Source: Clostridiales bacterium
GTDB lineage: Bacteria; Bacillota; Clostridia; Christensenellales; Borkfalkiaceae
Reading direction: 5' to 3'
DNA length: 64,000 nt
Assembly (NCBI GenBank): GCA_022508245.1
Contig: JAFLVO010000006.1
Location: forward strand, 847 to 64,846
Position numbers and translations under genes: made by a program. The notes beneath the pieces were generated by a model, which saw only the letters and a program-made list of their open reading frames with translations, searched no databases and was not told the origin of the DNA. This document shows, piece after piece, positions 45,373 through 54,654 of this stretch. Each line of letters begins with the position of its first letter. The first letter of the stretch is position 1.

Positions 45373-45812
45373 TGTTAATTCCCAAGAGAGTTAAAAGAAG
45401 AAGACAGCACCGCGGCAAGATTCGCGGCAGAGCTCAAAAGGGCAATACCGTTGCATACGGCGAGTACGGACTCGTTGCCGAGGAGGGCGGAAGAATTACT
45501 TCCAACCAGATAGAGGCAGCCCGTATTGCAATGACGAGATTTATCAAGCGTGGCGGTAAGGTCTGGATAGACATCTTCCCCCACAAGCCCATCACGAAGC
45601 ACCCCGCCGAGTCCCGTATGGGTTCAGGTAAGGGCGCAGTCGAGTACTGGGTAGCTATAGTTAAACCCGGCAGGGTTATGTTCGAAATGGCGGGCGTTGC
45701 GGAGGATATCGCACGCGAGGCAATGCGTCTTGCAAGCCACAAGCTCCCCGTAAAATGCAAGTTCATTAAGAAAGAGATTGTAGAAGAAGGCGGTGACGCT
45801 AATGAAAATTAA
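45372..45812 (+). CDS. rplP: 50S ribosomal protein L16
   Basis: [15 protein letters not shown]. Confidence 0.98.
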   Translation: MLIPKRVKRRRQHRGKIRGRAQKGNTVAYGEYGLVAEEGGRITSNQIEAARIAMTRFIKRGGKVWIDIFPHKPITKHPAESRMGSGKGAVEYWVAIVKPGRVMFEMAGVAEDIAREAMRLASHKLPVKCKFIKKEIVEEGGDANEN

Positions 45813-45996
45813 AGAGATAGTAAATTTGAGTGACGAAGAGCTTAACAACAGACTTCAGGAGCTCAAAAGCGAACTGTTTAAACTGCGCTTCCGTCACGCA
45901 AGCGGCCAGCTTGAAAACCCCCTTGCAATAAACCTTGTTAAAAAGGATATAGCAAGAGTGAACACGGTCATCCGTGCAAGGCAGTTAAAGGCGTAA
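45802..45996 (+). CDS. rpmC: 50S ribosomal protein L29
   Basis: ATG 45802 ([22 protein letters not shown]) is preferred over GTG 45793. Overlaps the rplP stop. Confidence 0.93.
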   Translation: MKIKEIVNLSDEELNNRLQELKSELFKLRFRHASGQLENPLAINLVKKDIARVNTVIRARQLKA

Positions 45997-46008
45997 GGAG
46001 TGCTAAAT

Positions 46009-46266
46009 ATGGAAAGAACATCTTTAAGGAAAGAAAGAGTGGGCATAGTCGTATCCAGCAAGATGGACAAGACGGTAGTCGTTGCAGTCAGAGATAACCG
46101 CAAGCACCCCCTCTATAAAAAGACCATTTTAAGAACGACCCGCTTCAAGGCGCACGACGAGAACAACGAGTGCGGCGAGGGCGATAAGGTCAGAATAGTG
46201 GAAACGCGCAAGCTTTCAAAGGACAAGAACTGGCGCGTTGCCGAAATTATCGAAAAGGCAAAGTAA
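46009..46266 (+). CDS. rpsQ: 30S ribosomal protein S17
   Basis: ATG 46009 ([25 protein letters not shown]), preceded by aaggag. Confidence 0.95.
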   Translation: MERTSLRKERVGIVVSSKMDKTVVVAVRDNRKHPLYKKTILRTTRFKAHDENNECGEGDKVRIVETRKLSKDKNWRVAEIIEKAK

Positions 46267-46274
46267 AATTCATA

Positions 46275-46420
46275 TATACATCGTTATGCTTTGTTGCACT
46301 CCGCGCCGCCTTGGTAAGCCGTTTCCCAAAAGGGAACCCTCGGCTTCGGTACGACATTTACCTCAATGTAAACTCCCTGCGGTCGGTGCTCGTGCGCCTC
46401 GCCTAACTCGTATCTATGAA
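46275..46420 (+). repeat. Rep-B intergenic palindromic repeat, copy R4 (with the 35-nt nested hairpin module)
   Basis: gttgcactccgcgccgccttgg-[taagccgtttcccaaaagggaaccctcggcttcgg]-tacgacatttac-ctcaat-gtaaactccctgcggtcggtgctcgtgcgcctcg. Confidence 0.85.
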
Positions 46421-46579
46421 TTTTAGACAGACTCCCGCGATTGCGGGAGAGCAAGATATAATAAAATAATGTATGATTGTCATTCACAGGCAAAGGAGAG
46501 TGGGGCGCTCAACTTCACTTATGTGTCTGTAAGATAATCCTCTGCACACAGTTGTAAGTTCAAAAATAGGAGAGTTTTT

Positions 46580-46948
46580 ATGATACAACCTCAAACAAGA
46601 CTTAAAGCCGCAGACAACAGCGGCGCAAAGGAACTTATGTGCATAAAGGTACTCGGTGGTTCGTTCAGAAAGACGGCGAACATCGGTGACGTAATCGTCT
46701 GCTCGGTTAAAACGGCAACCCCCGGCGGCGCCGTTAAAAAGGGCGAAGTAGTAAAGGCGGTTATCGTGCGCAGTTCCAAGGGCATCAGACGCGACGACGG
46801 TACTTATATCCGTTTCGACGACAATGCCGCAGTTATAATCAACACCAACAAAGAACCTCGCGGTACGCGTATTTTCGGACCGATTGCAAGGGAGCTTCGT
46901 GAGAAGAACTATATGAAGATTATCTCGCTCGCTCCCGAAGTGCTGTAA
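46580..46948 (+). CDS. rplN: 50S ribosomal protein L14
   Basis: [27 protein letters not shown]. Confidence 0.98.
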   Translation: MIQPQTRLKAADNSGAKELMCIKVLGGSFRKTANIGDVIVCSVKTATPGGAVKKGEVVKAVIVRSSKGIRRDDGTYIRFDDNAAVIINTNKEPRGTRIFGPIARELREKNYMKIISLAPEVL

Positions 46949-46964
46949 TTAAAGGAGAAATGCT

Positions 46965-47390
46965 ATGAACGTAAAATTAAATGACAACGTTTTAGTTATC
47001 ACAGGTAAGTATGCGGGCAAGCAGGGCAAGGTAGTTGCCACCTCTCCCAAAAACGGCACGGTTACGGTCGAGGGCGTGAATATTCACAAGAAGGCGAAGA
47101 AGGCAAGAAAGGCTAACGAAGTTTCCGAAATCGTCGAAGTCGCCGCCCCCCTGGACGTATCCAACGTAATGGTAGTTTGCGACGCGTGCGGCAAAGCAAT
47201 AAGAGTTAAGTATTCCGTAGAAGGCGGCAAAAAGCACAGAGTGTGCGGCAAGTGCGGCGCGGTGCTCGACAAGGCATACGCAGGCAAGAAGGCTGCTGCC
47301 AAGAAGGAAGAAGCTCCCAAGAAGCGTGTAAGAAAACGCGCAAAGAAAGACGAAGAAACCCCCGAAACGACGGGCGGCGACGCTGAATAA
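46965..47390 (+). CDS. rplX: 50S ribosomal protein L24 with a CxxC...CxxC ribbon and a K/A/E-rich C-terminal tail
   Basis: KOW motif [10 protein letters not shown]. Cys72/75/94/97 (CDACGK...CGKCG). 141 aa against the usual ~105. Confidence 0.95.
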   Translation: MNVKLNDNVLVITGKYAGKQGKVVATSPKNGTVTVEGVNIHKKAKKARKANEVSEIVEVAAPLDVSNVMVVCDACGKAIRVKYSVEGGKKHRVCGKCGAVLDKAYAGKKAAAKKEEAPKKRVRKRAKKDEETPETTGGDAE

Positions 47391-47401
47391 GGAGGTGCGA
47401 G

Positions 47402-48052
47402 TTGGCTACTAAAAAGACAGCGGCTGAAAACGCCGAAGTAAAAGAAGAAACCACAAAGAAAGCAGCTGCACCCAAGACCGCCAAAAAGGCGTCTGCGGCT
47501 GAAAAGAAATACGTTTCAAGAGTTCAGGAACAGTACGAAAAGGAAGTTGTTCCCGCACTCACCGCTAAATTCGGCTATAAAAACGTTATGCAGGTTCCCA
47601 AGCTTGTTAAAATCGTAGTAAGCTCGGGACTCGGCGATATCAAGGACAACGCGAAATCAATACAGATGGCTCAAAGCGAAATGAAGCTCATTACGGGACA
47701 GCAGCCCGTAACCTGCAAGGCAAAGAAGTCGGTTGCAAACTTCAAGGTTCGTGAAGGTATGGTTATCGGATTAAAGGTAACACTCCGCGGCAAGATGATG
47801 TACGATTTCTTCGATAAGTTCATTTCGATTGCACTTCCCCGCGTGCGCGACTTCCGCGGCGTATCCGCAGAGAGCTTCGACGGCAAGGGCAACTACTGCA
47901 CGGGCGTAAAGGAACAGCTTATGTTCCCCGAAATTCAATACGATCAGGTAGAGAAGATAAGGGGTATGGACATCTGTTTCGTAACCACGGCAAAGAGCGA
48001 TGAAGAAGCGAGAGAGCTTTTGAGGGCAATGGGTATGCCCTTCAAGAAGTAA
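47402..48052 (+). CDS. rplE: 50S ribosomal protein L5 with a ~36-aa K/A-rich N-terminal extension (TTG start)
   Basis: The core starts at [33 protein letters not shown] aaggaggt lies 6 nt before TTG 47402. Confidence 0.9.
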   Translation: MATKKTAAENAEVKEETTKKAAAPKTAKKASAAEKKYVSRVQEQYEKEVVPALTAKFGYKNVMQVPKLVKIVVSSGLGDIKDNAKSIQMAQSEMKLITGQQPVTCKAKKSVANFKVREGMVIGLKVTLRGKMMYDFFDKFISIALPRVRDFRGVSAESFDGKGNYCTGVKEQLMFPEIQYDQVEKIRGMDICFVTTAKSDEEARELLRAMGMPFKK

Positions 48053-48061
48053 GGAGTTTTT

Positions 48062-48247
48062 ATGGCAAAGAAATCAATGATAAATAAACAGCAGAGACCT
48101 GCTAAATACTCGACGAGAGCATACACAAGATGCTCCATTTGCGGAAGACCTCACGCGGTTTTGCGCAAGTACGGAGTATGCCGTATATGTTTCAGAAACC
48201 TCGCTTACAAGGGACAGATTCCCGGCGTGAAGAAATCGAGTTGGTAA
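48062..48247 (+). CDS. rpsN: 30S ribosomal protein S14 type Z (zinc-binding, 61 aa)
   Basis: [21 protein letters not shown]. Confidence 0.97.
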   Translation: MAKKSMINKQQRPAKYSTRAYTRCSICGRPHAVLRKYGVCRICFRNLAYKGQIPGVKKSSW

Positions 48248-48262
48248 GAGGAGGAGCGAAAA

Positions 48263-48655
48263 ATGACAGACCCTATTGCAGATATGCTCACACGCGTAAG
48301 AAACGCGCTTGCAGCTAACAAAGAAAAGGTTGAGATTCCCTCATCCAATATGAAAAAGGCGATTGCGAATATTATGCTCGACGAGGGCTATATTTCCGAC
48401 GTTAAATTCGAAGAAGACGGCTATAACGGCAAAATCGTTATATCCCTCAAATACGCAGGCAAGAAAAAGCCCGTTATAAACGGACTTAAGAGAGTTTCCC
48501 GTCCCGGACTTCGCGTCTATTCGGACGTAGACACTATGCCCAAGGTTATGGACGGACTCGGCATTGCTATTCTTTCCACCAACAAAGGCATTATGACGGG
48601 CAAGCAGGCAAAAGCGCAGAACGTAGGCGGCGAAGTGCTGTGCTACATCTGGTAA
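48263..48655 (+). CDS. rpsH: 30S ribosomal protein S8
   Basis: [15 protein letters not shown]. Confidence 0.98.
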   Translation: MTDPIADMLTRVRNALAANKEKVEIPSSNMKKAIANIMLDEGYISDVKFEEDGYNGKIVISLKYAGKKKPVINGLKRVSRPGLRVYSDVDTMPKVMDGLGIAILSTNKGIMTGKQAKAQNVGGEVLCYIW

Positions 48656-48669
48656 GGAGGTAATTAAAT

Positions 48670-49218
48670 ATGTCAAGAATAGGAAAATTACCCGTAGCTT
48701 TACCCGCAGGCGTGACCGTTACCTTTGAAAACGGACTTTTGACCGTAAAGGGCGGCAAGGGCACGCTTACACAGACGATTGTCGGCGACATCAATATCAA
48801 AGTAGAGGGTACGGAGGCTATCGTTGAAAAGACGGCTCAAACCCCCGACGCAAACGCTAAACACGGACTTTACCGCGCGCTTCTTCACAACATGGTTGTC
48901 GGCGTTACCGAAGGCTACAAGAAGACGCTCAAAGTTAACGGCGTCGGCTGGAAGGTCGCAAAACAGGGCAACAAGATAGTCCTTAACGTAGGCTATTCGC
49001 ACCCCGTAGATTTCGTTGAACCGCAGGGTATCAAGCTTGAATGCCCCACCGCAAACGAAATTACCGTATCCGGCATAGACAAAATTCTTGTCGGACAGAC
49101 GGCAGCTGATATCAGAAACATCAGAATTCCCGAACCTTACCACGGTTACGGCATCGCGTACAGCGACGAAGTAATCGAGAGGAAGGAAGGTAAGACGGGA
49201 GGCAAAGGCAAGAAGTAA
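48670..49218 (+). CDS. rplF: 50S ribosomal protein L6
   Basis: MSRIGKLPVALPAGVTV. Confidence 0.98.
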   Translation: MSRIGKLPVALPAGVTVTFENGLLTVKGGKGTLTQTIVGDINIKVEGTEAIVEKTAQTPDANAKHGLYRALLHNMVVGVTEGYKKTLKVNGVGWKVAKQGNKIVLNVGYSHPVDFVEPQGIKLECPTANEITVSGIDKILVGQTAADIRNIRIPEPYHGYGIAYSDEVIERKEGKTGGKGKK

Positions 49219-49234
49219 TTTCGGATTATCATTC

Positions 49235-49335
49235 ATCACGCAATACTTTGTTGCACTCTGCGCCGCCTTGGTCACGTACATCTGTGTACGCTCCCTGCGG
49301 TCGGTACTCGTGCGCCTCGTCTTGCGCGCGACTGA
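49235..49335 (+). repeat. Rep-B intergenic palindromic repeat, copy R5 (cgtac/gtacg hairpin variant)
   Basis: cacgcaatactttgttgcactctgcgccgccttggtcacgtac-atctgt-gtacgctccctgcggtcggtactcgtgcgcctcgtcttgcgcg. Confidence 0.85.
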
Positions 49336-49384
49336 TAACCCGAAGGATTAACCCAAGTTGGTTAACTTGTCCATAGGAGATATT

Positions 49385-49753
49385 ATGATTACTAAAATTG
49401 ATAAGAACAAGGAACGTTTAAGAAGACATCTGCGCGTCCGCAAAAAGGTAAGCGGCACGGCAGAGGCGCCCAGACTCAGCGTTTACAGGTCTCTTAACCA
49501 TATTTACGCGCAAGTTATCGACGACACGAAGGGCGTAACACTTTGCTCGGCTTCTACAATGGAAAAGGACGTTAAGAGCAAGGTAGAAGGTCTCAGCAAG
49601 ACTGACGCAGCCAAGGTCGTCGGAAAGTGCGTTGCGGAAAAGGCAACTAAACTCGGTATAAAGCAGGTCGTGTTCGACAGAGGCGGCTACCTCTACACGG
49701 GACGCGTTCAGGCATTGGCAGACGGCGCAAGAGAAGCCGGACTTGATTTCTAA
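49385..49753 (+). CDS. rplR: 50S ribosomal protein L18
   Basis: ATG 49385 ([25 protein letters not shown]), preceded by aggaga. Confidence 0.95.
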   Translation: MITKIDKNKERLRRHLRVRKKVSGTAEAPRLSVYRSLNHIYAQVIDDTKGVTLCSASTMEKDVKSKVEGLSKTDAAKVVGKCVAEKATKLGIKQVVFDRGGYLYTGRVQALADGAREAGLDF

Positions 49754-49763
49754 GGAGTTTGAT

Positions 49764-50297
49764 ATGGAAGAAAAGAAAGAAAGACCTGCAAGAAGAGATA
49801 ACAGAAGAAGGCAGGAAGACGACGGCTTAATCAAAAAACTTATACAGGTAAACAGGGTATCAAAGACCGTTAAAGGCGGTAGGAATATGCGCTTTGCTGC
49901 TCTCGTTGTCGTCGGCGACGGCAAGGGCAACGTAGGCTACGGCATGGCAAAGAGCAAGGAAGTTCCCGAAGCTATCGAGAAAGCTAACGCTCAGGCTAAA
50001 AAGAATATGAAGAAGGTGGCGCTTGCCGGCACTTCTATTCCCCACTCCGTACTCGGCATTTTCGGCAGAGGCTCGGTGCTTATGATGCCTGCCTCCGAAG
50101 GTACCGGCGTTATCGCGGGCGGACCCGTGCGTGCGGTTATGGAAGCAGCGGGCGTAAAGGACGTAAGAACCAAGTCCCACGGCACTTCCAACCCTATTAA
50201 CTGTGTAAAGGCTGCAGTCTGCGGACTCTACGAGCTTAAATCGCCCGAAGAGGTTGCGGCGGCTCGCGGCAAGAGTGTGGACGAACTCAAAGCATAA
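49764..50297 (+). CDS. rpsE: 30S ribosomal protein S5
   Basis: ATG 49764, preceded by aaggag. [25 protein letters not shown]. Confidence 0.95.
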   Translation: MEEKKERPARRDNRRRQEDDGLIKKLIQVNRVSKTVKGGRNMRFAALVVVGDGKGNVGYGMAKSKEVPEAIEKANAQAKKNMKKVALAGTSIPHSVLGIFGRGSVLMMPASEGTGVIAGGPVRAVMEAAGVKDVRTKSHGTSNPINCVKAAVCGLYELKSPEEVAAARGKSVDELKA

Positions 50298-50309
50298 TGG
50301 AGAATTGAA

Positions 50310-50483
50310 ATGGTTAAAGTTACTTTAATTAGAAGCACAAACGGACAGATTAAGTCTGTAAAGGACACAATCGCCGCTTTGGGGCTTAAAAAAATCCGTC
50401 AATCAAAGACTTTGGAGGAAACTCCCGCAAATTTGGGGCAGATTAAAAAGGTTGCCCATCTTGTGCTTGTCGAAAAGGTTTAA
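50310..50483 (+). CDS. rpmD: 50S ribosomal protein L30 (57 aa)
   Basis: Not in the ORF track. MVKVTLIRSTNGQIKSVKDTIAALGLKKIRQSKTLEETPANLGQIKKVAHLVLVEKV. Confidence 0.93.
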   Translation: MVKVTLIRSTNGQIKSVKDTIAALGLKKIRQSKTLEETPANLGQIKKVAHLVLVEKV

Positions 50484-50492
50484 GGTGAATTT

Positions 50493-50942
50493 ATGAGAAT
50501 AGATACTTTATCGCCCGCAGAGGGCGCAAGACACAGCGTTAAAAGACTCGGCAGAGGTATAGGCTCGGGACTCGGCAAGACTTCCGGTAAGGGTCACAAG
50601 GGTCAGTGGGCGCGTTCGGGCGGCGGCGTTCGTCCCGGCTTCGAAGGCGGTCAGATGCCTCTTGCAAGACGTATTCCCAAACGCGGTTTCCATAACAAAT
50701 GGGCTACGCACTACACTATTGTTAATCTCAGCCAGCTTGCAAACGAAAAGGCAGGCACGGTAATTGACTTCGAATACGTTGCAAGCCACAACCTTGCAAA
50801 GGAAGTTAAGGACTCGGCAGGGCTCAAAGTGCTCGGCACGGGCAAATTAGAGGTTGCTCTCACTGTAAAAGCCGCAAAATTCTCGGCAAGCGCAAAAGAG
50901 GCTATCGAGAAAGCGGGCGGCACCTGCGAAGTAATCAGCTAA
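50493..50942 (+). CDS. rplO: 50S ribosomal protein L15
   Basis: [19 protein letters not shown]. Confidence 0.97.
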   Translation: MRIDTLSPAEGARHSVKRLGRGIGSGLGKTSGKGHKGQWARSGGGVRPGFEGGQMPLARRIPKRGFHNKWATHYTIVNLSQLANEKAGTVIDFEYVASHNLAKEVKDSAGLKVLGTGKLEVALTVKAAKFSASAKEAIEKAGGTCEVIS

Positions 50943-50946
50943 TATA

Positions 50947-51080
50947 CACGCAATACTGCGTTGTGCTGTGGCAACTCTCGGTAAGCCGTTTCCCTAAAGG
51001 GAACCCTCGGCTTCGGTGCGACGTTTACTTCATTGTAAACTCCCTCGGGTTTTCCTCGCACGCCTTATCTTGCTCGTATC
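50947..51080 (+). repeat. Rep-B intergenic palindromic repeat, copy R6 (with the nested hairpin module)
   Basis: cacgcaatactgcgttgtgctgtggcaactctcgg-[taagccgtttccctaaagggaaccctcggcttcgg]-tgcgacgtttac-ttcatt-gtaaactccctcgggttttcctcgcacgccttatcttgctcg. Confidence 0.88.
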
Positions 51081-51127
51081 TTAACTGATTACAGCTAAAG
51101 GTTAAATCCCTTTAAAAGAGGTTTAAA

Positions 51128-52525
51128 ATGTTTGAAACAATTAAAAACTGTTTTAAAGTCAAAGAAATAAGGAAGAAGATTTTCTTAACACTTATCCTGC
51201 TTCTTATTTTCAGACTCGGCTGTTATATTCCCGTCCCCGGTATCAAGGTATCGGAATTCAGGAGCGTAATCAACGACCCCAATAACGCGTTTTTGGGCGT
51301 TCTCTCGTCCATAACGGGCGGTTCGCTGGCAAATGCAACGCTGTTTGCACTCGGCATAAGCCCGTATATTAACGCGTCGATTATTATCCAGCTTTTAACG
51401 GTTGGTATTCCCGCCCTTGAAAGGATGTCAAAGGAAGGCGAAGACGGCAGAAAGAAAATAGCGCAGATAACGCGTTTTGTGACTATTGCCCTTGCAATTG
51501 CACAGGCAATCGGTATCATCATCAACTTCGGCGTAAACAACAACGCACTCAGACTTGAGTTCTTTGGCTATTTTTCACAGAATACAGCGCTCTCGGTGGT
51601 TTCCGAAACGGGAGCTAAGGTTATGGCGGGTATATTCCTTACCGTGGTATATACTGCAGGCGCGATGCTTGTTATGTGGCTCGGCGAAAGAATTACCGAA
51701 TACGGCGTATCCAACGGTATATCGCTCATAATCTTCGTTGGTATTATCTCTACCGCGGGTCTTACCATCGTCGAAAGATTTACCGAAGCGTTCGGTTGGG
51801 GCAGTTATGTAGATAAGGCAAACCCCGCAGTACTTTGGGAGGTTCTCGGCTTTGTGGTCCTGACGGTTGTGGAATTTGCCGCAATCGTAACGGTTGACTT
51901 GTCAGAGAGAAGAATTCCGGTTCAGTACGCAAAGCAGGTAAAGGGCAGAAAGATGTACGGCGGTCAGTCGTCTGTAATACCCATCAAGATTTCGGGTTCG
52001 GGCGTCATGCCTTTAATCTTCGCGTTCGCTCTCATATCCTTCCCGCAGCTCTTAATAAGCCTGTTCTGGCCCAATACGGACGCTGCAACCAACATCAATA
52101 TCTGGTTCTCGGGCTCATCCCCTAAATGGTACGGTCAGCTCATATATATGGTAACGCTTTGCCTGCTTATATTTGCTTTCTCGTTCTTCTATCAGTCGAT
52201 GCAGTTCAATCCCGAGGACGTTTCCAAGACAATTCAGCAGAACGGCGGCTTTATTCAGGGTATAAGACCCGGCAAGCCCACGTCCGACCATCTTAAAAAG
52301 ATTTCCAACAGAATTACGCTCTTCGGTGCGATTTATCTTTCGCTCGTAGCGTTTATTCCCTCGATACTCTCAATAGTGCTTGCAAGCCTCGGTCAGAGCA
52401 ATCTTACCCTCTTGTCGGTATTCTCTACGACGGGTATCCTCATCGTCGTATCCGTTGCAATGGAGCTTGACAAACAGCTCGAATCGCAACTTATGATGAA
52501 GACGTATAAGGGCTTCCTCAAATAA
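51128..52525 (+). CDS. secY: preprotein translocase subunit SecY
   Basis: 10-TM SecY pattern (GISPYINASIIIQLL, ITEYGVSNGISLIIF). Confidence 0.97.
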   Translation: MFETIKNCFKVKEIRKKIFLTLILLLIFRLGCYIPVPGIKVSEFRSVINDPNNAFLGVLSSITGGSLANATLFALGISPYINASIIIQLLTVGIPALERMSKEGEDGRKKIAQITRFVTIALAIAQAIGIIINFGVNNNALRLEFFGYFSQNTALSVVSETGAKVMAGIFLTVVYTAGAMLVMWLGERITEYGVSNGISLIIFVGIISTAGLTIVERFTEAFGWGSYVDKANPAVLWEVLGFVVLTVVEFAAIVTVDLSERRIPVQYAKQVKGRKMYGGQSSVIPIKISGSGVMPLIFAFALISFPQLLISLFWPNTDAATNINIWFSGSSPKWYGQLIYMVTLCLLIFAFSFFYQSMQFNPEDVSKTIQQNGGFIQGIRPGKPTSDHLKKISNRITLFGAIYLSLVAFIPSILSIVLASLGQSNLTLLSVFSTTGILIVVSVAMELDKQLESQLMMKTYKGFLK

Positions 52526-52544
52526 AAAGTATAGGGAAATATAA

Positions 52545-53171
52545 GTGAACATAATTCTTTTGGGCGCACCCGGCGCAGGCAAGGGCACGCAGGCAAGCAA
52601 AATAGCGCAAAAATACAACATCCTGCATATCTCCACGGGCGATATTTTCCGTGCCAACATAAAGGGCGGAACCAGGATAGGCAAGCTTGCAAAATCCTAT
52701 ATCGACGCGGGCAAGCTCGTTCCCGACGAAGTCACTTGCGACATAGTTGAGGACAGATTGCAAAATGACGATATAAAAGGCGGATATATGCTTGACGGCT
52801 TCCCCCGCAACATCTTTCAGGCGGAGAGGCTGGATAAATTTGCGCACATAGACCTCTGTCTCAACATAGAAGTTGACGAAAAGCTTTTAATGGACAGAAT
52901 TTGCGGAAGAAGAGTGTGCGCCTGCGGACAGAGCTATCATATCTCTACGTTAAACGGCGCAACTACCTGTGCAAAGTGCGGTGGCACGCTCTATCAGCGC
53001 GCAGACGACAATCCCGAGACGGTCAAGGCAAGGCTTGACACCTATAACAGTCAAACCGCGCCCCTCATCGGGTATTACAAGGCGCAGGGCAAGCTTAAAT
53101 GCGTAACAAGCGGCGATGGCAGTCCCGACGAAGTGTTCGCGCAGATTGAGGAAATTTTAGACAAACAATGA
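52545..53171 (+). CDS. adk: adenylate kinase (GTG start)
   Basis: MNIILLGAPGAGKGTQ. Cys-containing lid (CACGQSYH...CAKCGG). Confidence 0.95.
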   Translation: MNIILLGAPGAGKGTQASKIAQKYNILHISTGDIFRANIKGGTRIGKLAKSYIDAGKLVPDEVTCDIVEDRLQNDDIKGGYMLDGFPRNIFQAERLDKFAHIDLCLNIEVDEKLLMDRICGRRVCACGQSYHISTLNGATTCAKCGGTLYQRADDNPETVKARLDTYNSQTAPLIGYYKAQGKLKCVTSGDGSPDEVFAQIEEILDKQ

Positions 53172-53914
53172 TTACGGTAAAGACCCCCAAAGAAATTGAG
53201 TTCATGCGTGAAAGCTGCCGCATAGTCAAGGAAACGCTTGACTTTGTGGGAAGCAGAATACACGCGGGGATGACCACCAAGGAAGTGGACGAGCTCGTCT
53301 ACAAGTATATTATCTCCTGCGGCGCCTATCCCTCCGAACTCGGTTACGAGGGCTATCCCGCAAGCTCGTGCGTATCCGTAAACGAGGTTGTGGTACACGG
53401 AATCCCCGGCGACAGAGTTATTTTGGACGGCGATATCGTCAGCGTGGATATAACGGCTGAAAAGAACGGTTTCCACGGCGACGCGGCAAGAACCTTTCTT
53501 ATCGGCGAGGTGTCAGAGGATAGGAAAAAGCTTGTAAAAGTTACCGAAGAGTGCTTTTTCAAGGCAATCGAGGGATTGCGGGCAGGCTCGCACCTCTACG
53601 ACATAGGTCACGCCGTTCAGACGCATGCGGAAGGCCACGGCTACGGAGTTGTCCGTGCGCTCACGGGTCACGGAATAGGCAGAAGTATGCACGAGGACCC
53701 AGGCGTTCCCAACTACGGCAAGAGGGGTACGGGTATGCGGCTTAAAGCGGGTATGACTATCTGCATAGAGCCGATGATTACCCTCGGCACGTACAGAGTC
53801 TTTATGGATAATAACGACGGCTGGACGGTTACGACTGCCGACGGCAAATGTGCGGCGCACTACGAAAACACCGTACTTATCACAGAGGACGGCGTTGAAA
53901 TATTAACTCTGTAA
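53168..53914 (+). CDS. map: type I methionine aminopeptidase
   Basis: VVHGIP, DIVSVD, GHGIGRSMHE, TICIEP. Confidence 0.96.
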   Translation: MITVKTPKEIEFMRESCRIVKETLDFVGSRIHAGMTTKEVDELVYKYIISCGAYPSELGYEGYPASSCVSVNEVVVHGIPGDRVILDGDIVSVDITAEKNGFHGDAARTFLIGEVSEDRKKLVKVTEECFFKAIEGLRAGSHLYDIGHAVQTHAEGHGYGVVRALTGHGIGRSMHEDPGVPNYGKRGTGMRLKAGMTICIEPMITLGTYRVFMDNNDGWTVTTADGKCAAHYENTVLITEDGVEILTL

Positions 53915-53944
53915 GTTGAAATATTAACTCTTTAAGGGAAATAT

Positions 53945-54235
53945 ATGAAAAACAAAACTCCCGTTTTGGGGGGCGTCTGCAAGAGCACACAGGGCAGAGA
54001 TAAGGACAAGTACTATTTAATCTTTTCGATTGACGGCGAATCTGTCCTTGTTGTGGACGGAAAGTATAAAAAGACTTCCGCACCTAAGCGCAAAAATTTA
54101 AAACATCTGTACCTGCTTCCCGAAAAAAATGAAGAAATTGCGGAAAAGCTTTCAAAAGGGGTTAAAGTTTACGACGCGGAGATAATTTCCGCACTCAAAA
54201 GGTTCAATATTAAATCCGCGGACGCGGAAAAATAA
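53945..54235 (+). CDS. KOW-domain small protein between map and infA
   Basis: [19 protein letters not shown]...[10 protein letters not shown] Clostridia-typical position. Confidence 0.7.
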   Translation: MKNKTPVLGGVCKSTQGRDKDKYYLIFSIDGESVLVVDGKYKKTSAPKRKNLKHLYLLPEKNEEIAEKLSKGVKVYDAEIISALKRFNIKSADAEK

Positions 54236-54245
54236 AAGGAGTTCT

Positions 54246-54467
54246 ATGTCTAAAGACGACGTAATTGAAACAGAGGGCAAGGTTATAGAGTGCCTTCCCA
54301 ATGCAACGTTCAAGGTTAAACTTACCAACGGTCACGTTATAACGGCGTACATTTCGGGCAAGCTTCGCCTCAACTATATAAGAATTATAGAGGGCGACAA
54401 CGTTAAGCTTGAAATAAGCCCGTACGATCTTACCAAGGGCAGAATTACCTGGCGCAGCAAGAACTGA
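54246..54467 (+). CDS. infA: translation initiation factor IF-1
   Basis: [41 protein letters not shown]. Confidence 0.97.
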   Translation: MSKDDVIETEGKVIECLPNATFKVKLTNGHVITAYISGKLRLNYIRIIEGDNVKLEISPYDLTKGRITWRSKN

Positions 54468-54533
54468 TTACGAAATAATTAGTCACAAGCAAATTCCGGC
54501 GCATAAAGCGCGTAAAGAAATTAGGAGAAAGTT

Positions 54534-54650
54534 ATGAAAGTAAGACCTTCTGTAAAACCCATGTGCGACAAATGCAAGGTTATCAAAAGAAACGGCAAAG
54601 TTATGGTGATTTGTTCTAAAAACAAGTCCCACAAGCAACGCCAGGGCTAA
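54534..54650 (+). CDS. rpmJ: 50S ribosomal protein L36 (zinc-binding, 38 aa)
   Basis: Not in the ORF track. [38 protein letters not shown]. Confidence 0.95.
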   Translation: MKVRPSVKPMCDKCKVIKRNGKVMVICSKNKSHKQRQG

Positions 54651-54654
54651 AACG

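Noticed and set aside
46456-46461. TATAAT in the S17-L14 spacer as an internal spc promoter
   Set aside because: There is no acceptable -35 at 16-19 nt and no TG extension. It cannot be supported from sequence alone.
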